Shown one piece after another: positions 57,501 to 64,000 of a stretch of 64,000 nucleotides of DNA (its first letter is position 1; each line of letters starts with the position of its first letter). Origin of the DNA: a virus. The notes under the pieces were generated by a model. That model was not told the DNA's origin, did no database searches, and saw nothing but the letters and a program-made list of their open reading frames with translations. The translations under genes were made by a program, and so were the position numbers. The stretch is from positions 54,408 through 118,407 of IMG/VR virus record IMGVR_UViG_3300034283_001962; one strand, 5' to 3'.

Positions 57501-58109
57501 AATGATTTGCTCTCTTAAATTATCATTATTTTCCCATTTACCATTTTTAAATAATCTAGCATCATTATTAGTCAGAACTTTAAATCCTTTTTCTAATATT
57601 AATTGTTTTTGTTCTTTAGGTATTTGAAGTTCTGTTAAAATTTTATTTAGATCCCAGTTATTCTTTGCACCTTTCTCAAACATAGCTACAGCTTTAGGAG
57701 TCTGTAGTATATCTAAAGCTTTTATTACAAAGTTTACATTAGGACTATCATCTAAACGATACATTGGTCCTGAAGAATATAATGGTTCACTGCGTTCTTT
57801 TTCTGGTATATCTTTATAGTAATGATTAACTAGTTCTTCAGATGGAACTAATGTAAAGGATACAGGTGCATCTTTATCTTCAGTACTAATCCTACCTCTA
57901 ACATGACCATTAAACATAGCTCCAGTCTTAGTTATAAGATTCTTTGCTATTTCAATAGCTTGAGCACGAGACACAGCTTTTCCATTCTCAGATTTACCGA
58001 GAATAGAAAAGGTGTCCCAGGCTGTTTTACGAAAGGATTTTCTACCCTTAATGAATTCTTCTTCAGCCTTATTTACAATTGATTTTCTAACGTCTAGTTT
58101 ACAATACAT
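51594..58109 (-). CDS. Giant virion cargo/ejection protein (polyvalent), containing a PD-(D/E)xK nuclease-like domain
   Basis: 2171 aa; ILEVQSDLFQ module; EESMH zincin-like motif; GTGGH...AGTVDF...LDWKF; crAss-like C-terminus; adjacent to the vRNAP. Confidence 0.7.
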   Translation of the reverse strand: MYCKLDVRKSIVNKAEEEFIKGRKSFRKTAWDTFSILGKSENGKAVSRAQAIEIAKNLITKTGAMFNGHVRGRISTEDKDAPVSFTLVPSEELVNHYYKDIPEKERSEPLYSSGPMYRLDDSPNVNFVIKALDILQTPKAVAMFEKGAKNNWDLNKILTELQIPKEQKQLILEKGFKVLTNNDARLFKNGKWENNDNLREQIITDLLANYSYAVEINTAKDEIKSKEDYTLVEDENGNLVPKHRLQKVEIRPTQYYSILTVPGGTNYTENEIATPLITPSIKGHAEFATDKGIGWFRSDKVKDYKGELFLLNNYFYQTDGIKYNIEPEDSEGGMSKSISKEEYENARQNQEVQFINKRDIKSIRRILEVQSDLFQKGRDKENLVFGQAFDNDKYKIQQVNIKGNLRSVVVDKESNKDVVDFETIEEATKFIESERAKTPPNQFLQLLNKDNNWVTFFLKSILQDSAKKGYEKVLFPSGNTASKIEGHTTLEEFKKQKEDRIKELERRKAGKTFQYEVVFVNYDSVEIDSIYDNYEDAVAKVDKLNNLQKLDLEKGTYEVRNEHAKIDREITQIQKELEEIEKEGFGALKPIFNFYENTVGNILKKNYKVKEITDEYGNGWYEIQLEKEREFRPILLQLKGNENNQPKASPKTIAKLKEFLKRIGVNYETVSNIKVQGEPISAQGLADFMNRLVQVVNGKEDVALAEESMHIAVDIIEQTEPKLFNEMFNKIGQYDLYQEVFDRYKDVYKNSDGTTNIRKIKKEAIGQLLAQIYVNKEESEETNPDLAAAIQAWWRKVLNALYKLFTGAGFNPFEEAVEKVQNNEIVSMDTLNPEFYDIGTYFSLPEDERKKRFNIDEFIAQIMKVNSSLHLYVNPNDETDTYYLYEGVRVPKRVTDAVKAKMKDYVPTEMDEVKRRTGTGGHADLHAIFKRLVDENGFLRAEPLPQQGASEMKNNTAYKMLYEAMEARLLAYKPNTRFFAEIKIYNGKDTAGTVDFMAIQEDGIVDMLDWKFLEIIGDKKSILNAKVESYQTQMKAYKDIFSNIYGVPKENFRLTAMIPIQVVYDYKKKNFVKLRMGKVDYKQEERSVLLPIATADYSTGNKEIDELITQMNTVINKLRKLHGGDKEKYSLYDITERYYAAIRRLQMQGRIEETVDIAKATIRQLNQDLTRYENSLDTTTDAKLMDFASKLNENVEILTVYEDLSINLRGIIEASTNPDPNAPVKLTEEQKKKITELNNLSGEAKKLILFYQKLIDKTANKMGKAYEVLNITKPEKQLNTRDRNIRDFSRAQSRTGKLFYKMYQEVQQKAAFATDAAINKLKSVEEKIAAAATSRGITQMELFKTFLTSEYEYEGKKTVKLIDRHDAAIRKQLKELLASTDTKKARAFINEYIDLDAYVKDYEERKEDQFAYIDNQIFYEDEAKNITERKRKKADFIAKFDISKSTAINSQNNRIAYFLNDKAYSENYKKLKDQPDIFELYQLQIAANKRAAELGMIPWKQLYSFVPNVRKTYVDRLVQGGNKNPFKTILDAVRVEPGADNIFGAINPITREPLQKIPVNFVYDLTTEEKSQEFIKNLALWEKEINEYEWRSELEGSAKILRDVERRKKTLVAVRRDGETQYDEVPKQNQNDKNTEYLENFINYYIYGKKLSGQAEDLSFTMDLRATAKKINEKVGFKMLSEFEEEEGEVVISGIKAVQAANRWFQMKVLGFNLGTPISNLVGGAVNSVISSGKYFTRQEYLINTTKLTSMLGGERGEIYAKMIDYFMPLVENQENFNINKLSSSKVTEYMTSEILFALQKYSDKAITYPMLLSMIENSVVIDGKIVNIPEYVREQNGYLGRFKLPKDQRLALEQKINDQIEKMKENSIMKTAKLVDGQLVIDGVDRSDRSVWELRNKVQALSRNVLGASSPEAIAQYRMTLFGQSFMMFKNWIPGMALVRFGGLKENVGEQSWEYGRLRLMFKLITQNGLSSIRALRDVMELNENGVKYMRNIYRQKLDKFLKEGGEQDEFLSEEEFMEIHYQGIKMAAKEAQFWVGMLGLLISAKMGIGDDREKDEYTGVLKFGMRTLDKVYDELGFWFNPKSAMDIANGSVFPALGTVNDALTFMNHFTKEASGAIFGVEEWQESAKPTKYLFKTFPITKEMLTYIGIFNQDLAEEMGIRISNQYSVR

Positions 58110-58121
58110 TTATAATGATTT

Positions 58122-61100
58122 TTAAGAACAACTACCTTGAATCATGTCATCTCTCTTTATATCGGGAACTTCTCCTACAGAAGGTATATCATCAATCTCT
58201 TCGATAGGAAGTTCTGAGTCATCTGTAAATTCGTAGATGTCATCAAATGATGGATCTGCTTCATAAGTACGTACACCATCAGAATATTCTTCCTCTAATT
58301 CTTTGAATAAACTAGGGGTAATTACCTTTCTTGCTGCAAGATCACTCATCTCTTTTGGAACGTTTTGGTTCTCAGATAATACAGAAGGACGCAATACATT
58401 ATAGAACTCACTTACTCCTCTTGCTCCATATTTAATAGCAGGTTTATAGAAAACTTCCTTTTTTGTATCTGTTGTCTTTACACCATTTTCTACTATAGCT
58501 GTTTCTAAAACATAAGGATCACCATCCCCTTTATCTATACGCTTATACAAAGTTACTATTTTATTATCATAGTCAAGTTTCATTTTACCTGTTTTAGAGT
58601 CTCTTATTTTAGGATACGTTACTATCTTTACAAATTTTCTATCCAGATATTCATAAGTAGGAAGTCTTAACATTCCTTGAAACATCGGAAACTTATAAAC
58701 AAGATCAGCACCCACCTCTACTTCTTTAGCTCTAATCTCAGGTACAAGTGTATCATTATCCCAGTTAGTCCTATAGAATAAATCAGACTCTAAAAAGAAT
58801 AGTAGATCACTTTCTGAATCTGTTTTATTCTTTACATACTTTTTATAGGCATGTTCAGGAACAATATGATTCCAGCTTGTTTTAGTTTTACTAACTCCTG
58901 TTTGAAGAATACCTGTAATAATTAGGTTTTCCATAATCAATGACACTGGCTTCGCCTTACCATTAATCGTGATTACAATATTACTTTGCATTAACCTGTT
59001 AAAGTCATCACTCATAATATTTTGAGCCTGAGCATCTCTGATATTCTCTTTAAGTTCTACAGTTGAAGGATAACCTGGTCTCTTATCAATATAAGGAACA
59101 ACTGCTTCCAAGAAAGTATTATATTTTAAACTTGGGTCAGCATGTTTCTTCATAGCTTCAATATAAAGAGCAGTATTAAACTTTTGATGATCAGTATCAA
59201 CTATTAAAGGTCTAAGCCAAGAAGATAGAGATTTACCATTAATAACATTGTCATTTGCAACGATATAATTCAACAAACTCATCTCAGCTCTATCCATTAA
59301 GTACTTGTATTCTTCTTGACCTATTCTCTTAATACCCTTAACTTCTTCAGCTAACCTAAACAGAATTCTACCAGACTGACCTTTATGTAACTTGAAGTAA
59401 ACTTGAGCAAAAGCATTATTAAGTTTATCCACTGAAGATCTAATCTCTCCAATAAATGTATTATCAAATACTCTATTAACACCTTTAATTTTACTCTCCT
59501 CAGCTTGTGTAGTCTGAATAATCTTTCTATTATGACTATTATGATCATTTATTTTCTGGGTATCATAGTTATACCCTTGAACTACACGATACAATTCCCA
59601 TTTCAGACTCTCAATTACTGAGAAGTCATCAATCATATATCTCTGTAAGTTCTTTTCGTACTCATCTAAAGGTACACCGTTAGCCCATTTTTTTATCATA
59701 GTTTCCATTGTCTTCTTATCATAAGAAGGTGGTTTATTAATAGTCTTATGACCCTGCGCTGCTCCAAATAACTTTAATACATCTTTTCTATTTCTAGCTG
59801 CAGAAAGTCTTTTAGTTGTAACACCTAAAGAAACCTGAGCATCATTGATCTTTCTTTTCTCAATGTATTCTCTAATAATAGGTTGATTCAAGAAAAGAGC
59901 ATACGTTTCAGGATCTTCTCCAGCTTTATTCATAAATAGATAGGTAGCAGCTTGATCTGAATCAGCACCTAGATCAACGATCCAAGAACCTTTTGCAATA
60001 TCCACATATCCATCAATATACTGAGAACCTGAACCAGCTAATTGTATTTTGCCTAATTTATCATAAACACCACTTAAAGAAATATATTTCTTACCATCAA
60101 TAATAATTTCATTAAAATTAAAACCTAAATCTGATACTGTCATTTCACCTCTACCCTTAACCTTAATTTTAGTATCAAAAGGAATAATAATTCTTGAAAC
60201 CTGGTTGACAGATAAGTTTGTATTAGATACAGCTCCTACACCCACACCTTCTTTACCAATAACGAAATTATGACGAGTCTCAGTCATATAAGAACTTCTT
60301 AATAATCTAGCATGATCTGTATTGGTATTCCTTTCAATATTTGTTTGTTTGTTTTTAGGAGTAGTTAGCCTTTTGATTTTCTTAGCGATCTCTTTAAGAC
60401 CAGGAGAACCATCAGAGAAGAACTCTTGCGTGTTTGGTGTAGTCAGTTTCTCAAAGTTTCTAGGTAATGTAATTACTCTAATCAGAGCATCCAAGTATCT
60501 ATTCTCCAATGCTTTCATGTATAACTCTTGTACTTGAGTTTCCATTAAGTCTTCTGTCTCAATAAAGAAACGAAGAGCTTCACTGTAAGTTATATCATCA
60601 GCTAAAGCAAATACAGATTTAACTTTATTAGCAATTAATATAAGAGGTGTATCTTCATCTTGCTCACTAAGTTCTAATGTAACTTGAGCTGGTACTGCCA
60701 TATCAATCCACTCTTTAGCTCTATCTTTTTCTTCCAGAGTTAAAAATAGTCCTTTACCAACAATATCTCTAATATATTCCTTTGTCTTTTCCTCATTACC
60801 TTGCCACTTAATTTCTTTAGCATTACCATCAAAGTCCTGATACCAGTTTTTAAGATACAGGTTCATTTTATCAATGTCAAAGTCAGAACCAGCTTTAGTG
60901 GTAATCTCTGCAGGAAATACAACAGCATCACCCATATCTTCTGGTAAGAAGTCAACTACTTCAAAGTATTCTACTGAATTAAGACCCTGAGTAGGGATAC
61001 GGAAACCGATACCTCTTAATAATTCAGGATCAATCTTTCCTAAAGGAATACCCCTGAACTTATTAGGAAGCAGAATCTGACAGGCTTCAGTGTTACCACT

Positions 61101-64000
61101 TTTACCAACACTATAGAATTTAAGCCTACTTGAAGTCCATACGTTTTTACTATTAAGCTTTCTTTGTTCGAGTTCCCAACCTGTTACCGGAGCCATTATA
61201 TGAGATCCGCCATTCACTTTAGGTCTAACGATCTTCTTGTCAATGATAGAGTAAATAATATCTCTGATCTGTTTATAACTAGCAATAGATTCAAAATCAA
61301 TCTCATCTGAACTAATAGCTTCAGCTAAGTTGATTGGAAGTTGTCTTCTTTGTAACTCTATTAAGATGTGATCTACAATCTTTTGATGACCTTTTTTACC
61401 AAGTCTGTACTGACCGATTGGTTTACCATCTACTTTAACTTCAATAATATCTAACTCTTTTAATACAGATTCATATCTAGCTGCAGTTAAAGCTTCTTTT
61501 GAATCCTTAAGTTGAGCAGCAACTCTATGTAACTCAGAGATATTTCTCTTTTGATCTTCAGTTAAGAAATCCCACTCTTCAATACGATTAGACTCAGTAC
61601 CTGCTTCAAAATCTTGAGGTACACCATCAGAATACATGTCAGTAGTATCCAGTTTATTTAACTGAGAACCTTGTGTATTCTTATCGTGCTGTCCAGCAGT
61701 CTCTACTTGAATACCGATATTTCTATATGGTATCTCTCTTACTTTAGTACTACCTATACCTTCTTTGTTAATTTTTCCTTCCTCGTTATACAGTGTAACC
61801 AGTGTATCAGTTGTAGCTCCTACTTTATGTGCGGAATTCATTAGAATATAATCAATTCCTTTCTTCTGCATGACATCATATAAGTCAGTCAACTGGACAC
61901 CTTCTATCCACTCATAGAATAATGGCATAGCAGATGTCTTAACAAGATCAGTTCTTGCAACACCTTCTTCAAATACAACACCAGAAACAATAGGTTTCAA
62001 GATATGGAAAAATGCTCCTTTAGGTTTACCACTCTTAATTCTGTTAATAAGATCAACAGATAATGGAGCATCGTCTTTAACTCTCAATGTTCTAGCATCA
62101 CGTTTTTGTAATTGTTCTGAGCTGTATTGATATTGGCCTTTCTTATTCTTCATGAACCTTTCATAAGCCATGTGCCATTGGAAAAGTCTCTCTTGTGCTT
62201 CATCAAATCTTCCTCCTGCTTTGTAAAGAAACTCACGATAAGCAGTAGGTAACATCACACTCGCAGCATCTGCTTCATTTCCACGCTCATAGGCTTCAGG
62301 TAGTTTAGAGTTGATTCTTTCTCTTAAAAGAGTAAGTGTTTTTTCACTAGAACTCACTTTAACATCATACACAGTTGCTGTAGTAAGATGATTTTTAAAG
62401 TGAGTATAACCTGGATCTCCTGGTTTAAGCCCTTTGTTTAATTCAACATTAGCCCACTCATTAAATCCACCTACACCATCTTTTACTTGATGATGAGTGT
62501 ATTCTCTACCTGACATAAATGACTTGAAACGTTTTTCAGCATCGGCAAATTGAGCAGGGTCACCAAAGAATACTTTATGCATCTCGATGTTATTCAAGAT
62601 AAAGTTCATCTCACGGAATTCAATGAGATCTCTAAGTGCATCTGAACTAATGACTTTACCCTTACCTGTAATATCTTCTTTAACATCAGTAAGAAACCCT
62701 TTAATTTCAAAGGTTTTTGCTTTATCTTCTTTATCACTTTTATCTATAACAAAACCATACTTGGTTAGCATACTGACTGTACTCAATGATTGTTCACGAA
62801 GGAAAGCTTGAACTTGATTGTCAATTTCTTCTGCAGTTACTACATCAAATAAAGATTTATCTCCATCTATTACATCACTATGAATAGCTTCTACAGTTTT
62901 ACGATCAAGTATCTCTTTAAAAAACCTTAAAGATTTACCCATTTCCCTACCGTAAGTATCCTTAATATTGAGAGCCTGTATGTGTTTTCTGTTATTGAAA
63001 TCTTTAGCTAGTGCTATCTCAGTCTCTAAATATCCTTTCATTACATCAAAGAAGTAAGTTTGTTTAGCTCCCTTTCTTCTTAGCGTATCTTTATAAACTG
63101 TCAACGGAATATAACCACCAGCATCTTCAATACCTGCTGAAGTATCAATAATCCATTCTGTTTTAGCATCAGCTGGAATTAGTACATTAAATATACCTCT
63201 TAGGTTATTGTTAAATTCAAACAATACCCTTTCGCCAAGTGACATCTTAGATACACTCTTGGCTCCGGTTATGTCTGATTTACGACCTTCAGTTACACCT
63301 AAACTTATAAGTTGATTTCTTTTACCTGCTTCATTATACATTTTTCTATTTAGAAGTCTGGTATCTCTTGAGAAGATATCTCCTTTTACACGATCAAGCC
63401 AAGGTATTTTTTCACCAAATTCTTCTACTGAAGGACTTTCTTTAAAGACATTAAAAACATAAGATATCCAGTTGTTTAAAACAAAATTTGATGTTGGTTT
63501 ACCATCATTATTCAAATGTTGAGATTCATTATCTTCAGCCAATGATTTGTTCATTAAGATATCAGCAATATTCTCAAGTCTGCTTTGAATACCAATACTC
63601 TTACCAGTCAAGATAGGTAGCGGTTTACTTTGAGCAGCCTTTAGTGTATTTCTGATATTCTGTATTTGCTTTCTGATATCATCTTGATCCTTAGCTGGTA
63701 AGCCATCAAATATCTCTGGTGTTAATTGAGAGATACCAATTGCATTAGCAAAGTTAATTGGACCGTATTTAGAGGTATCAGTCAAGTAAGGGATCTCAGA
63801 GAATATAAAGTTGTTATCCTTTGTCACTTTTGTAAAGGAGGCAGCTTTAATATTCGCAATCCATTCTCTTGCAATCTCTTTTGTTTTAGTACTGAAGTTT
63901 GATCTGTTCAGTACAACTTCACCATTCTTCAGATATCTTTGTTCAAAGAATTCAGGCTTTTGTTTCATTAACGCATTCTCAACTTTGAGAACACCTTTAG
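58122..64000 (-). CDS. Virion-associated RNA polymerase (crAss-like), 5' end beyond the window
   Basis: GFRIPTQG and catalytic GSDFDIDK motifs; frame stays open from 63968 to the window edge (KGVLKVENALM). Confidence 0.9.
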   Translation of the reverse strand, partial: KGVLKVENALMKQKPEFFEQRYLKNGEVVLNRSNFSTKTKEIAREWIANIKAASFTKVTKDNNFIFSEIPYLTDTSKYGPINFANAIGISQLTPEIFDGLPAKDQDDIRKQIQNIRNTLKAAQSKPLPILTGKSIGIQSRLENIADILMNKSLAEDNESQHLNNDGKPTSNFVLNNWISYVFNVFKESPSVEEFGEKIPWLDRVKGDIFSRDTRLLNRKMYNEAGKRNQLISLGVTEGRKSDITGAKSVSKMSLGERVLFEFNNNLRGIFNVLIPADAKTEWIIDTSAGIEDAGGYIPLTVYKDTLRRKGAKQTYFFDVMKGYLETEIALAKDFNNRKHIQALNIKDTYGREMGKSLRFFKEILDRKTVEAIHSDVIDGDKSLFDVVTAEEIDNQVQAFLREQSLSTVSMLTKYGFVIDKSDKEDKAKTFEIKGFLTDVKEDITGKGKVISSDALRDLIEFREMNFILNNIEMHKVFFGDPAQFADAEKRFKSFMSGREYTHHQVKDGVGGFNEWANVELNKGLKPGDPGYTHFKNHLTTATVYDVKVSSSEKTLTLLRERINSKLPEAYERGNEADAASVMLPTAYREFLYKAGGRFDEAQERLFQWHMAYERFMKNKKGQYQYSSEQLQKRDARTLRVKDDAPLSVDLINRIKSGKPKGAFFHILKPIVSGVVFEEGVARTDLVKTSAMPLFYEWIEGVQLTDLYDVMQKKGIDYILMNSAHKVGATTDTLVTLYNEEGKINKEGIGSTKVREIPYRNIGIQVETAGQHDKNTQGSQLNKLDTTDMYSDGVPQDFEAGTESNRIEEWDFLTEDQKRNISELHRVAAQLKDSKEALTAARYESVLKELDIIEVKVDGKPIGQYRLGKKGHQKIVDHILIELQRRQLPINLAEAISSDEIDFESIASYKQIRDIIYSIIDKKIVRPKVNGGSHIMAPVTGWELEQRKLNSKNVWTSSRLKFYSVGKSGNTEACQILLPNKFRGIPLGKIDPELLRGIGFRIPTQGLNSVEYFEVVDFLPEDMGDAVVFPAEITTKAGSDFDIDKMNLYLKNWYQDFDGNAKEIKWQGNEEKTKEYIRDIVGKGLFLTLEEKDRAKEWIDMAVPAQVTLELSEQDEDTPLILIANKVKSVFALADDITYSEALRFFIETEDLMETQVQELYMKALENRYLDALIRVITLPRNFEKLTTPNTQEFFSDGSPGLKEIAKKIKRLTTPKNKQTNIERNTNTDHARLLRSSYMTETRHNFVIGKEGVGVGAVSNTNLSVNQVSRIIIPFDTKIKVKGRGEMTVSDLGFNFNEIIIDGKKYISLSGVYDKLGKIQLAGSGSQYIDGYVDIAKGSWIVDLGADSDQAATYLFMNKAGEDPETYALFLNQPIIREYIEKRKINDAQVSLGVTTKRLSAARNRKDVLKLFGAAQGHKTINKPPSYDKKTMETMIKKWANGVPLDEYEKNLQRYMIDDFSVIESLKWELYRVVQGYNYDTQKINDHNSHNRKIIQTTQAEESKIKGVNRVFDNTFIGEIRSSVDKLNNAFAQVYFKLHKGQSGRILFRLAEEVKGIKRIGQEEYKYLMDRAEMSLLNYIVANDNVINGKSLSSWLRPLIVDTDHQKFNTALYIEAMKKHADPSLKYNTFLEAVVPYIDKRPGYPSTVELKENIRDAQAQNIMSDDFNRLMQSNIVITINGKAKPVSLIMENLIITGILQTGVSKTKTSWNHIVPEHAYKKYVKNKTDSESDLLFFLESDLFYRTNWDNDTLVPEIRAKEVEVGADLVYKFPMFQGMLRLPTYEYLDRKFVKIVTYPKIRDSKTGKMKLDYDNKIVTLYKRIDKGDGDPYVLETAIVENGVKTTDTKKEVFYKPAIKYGARGVSEFYNVLRPSVLSENQNVPKEMSDLAARKVITPSLFKELEEEYSDGVRTYEADPSFDDIYEFTDDSELPIEEIDDIPSVGEVPDIKRDDMIQGSCS

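Overview
The window is 64 kb of an AT-rich crAss-like phage (Crassvirales, probable Bacteroidota host) that uses the standard genetic code. The + strand (1 to about 37.3 kb) carries nucleotide/NAD metabolism, replication and accessory genes: a split NAMPT, a Ro/TROVE-like vWA protein, tmRNA, PolB, DnaB, Sak4, SSB, primase, UDG, a Ubl-E2-JAB-E1 operon, NrdJ, RecA and dUTPase. The - strand (37.4 to 64 kb) carries virion genes: virion RNA polymerase, a giant cargo protein, tail fibres, glycosyltransferases and lysis genes. Main signals: (1) a CRISPR-like repeat-spacer mini-array (10417-10578) fused into the 3' end of a small gene, whose first spacer is a 29/29 copy of 46968-46996 in this same genome and antisense to a late membrane-protein mRNA, with no cas genes in view; (2) five tandem Y-RNA-like units behind the TROVE-like gene, sharing an ACAGCAA motif and mostly displaying different anticodon-like loops; (3) a tmRNA interrupted in its T-loop by a group I intron encoding a LAGLIDADG nuclease; (4) a NAMPT fractured by an antisense HNH gene with no intron or intein at the break; (5) a phage ubiquitin-like conjugation operon; (6) an unannotated ~230-nt structured RNA and two tRNA-like RNAs with rebuilt anticodon domains. 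All family assignments come from motif recognition by eye; no database searches were run.
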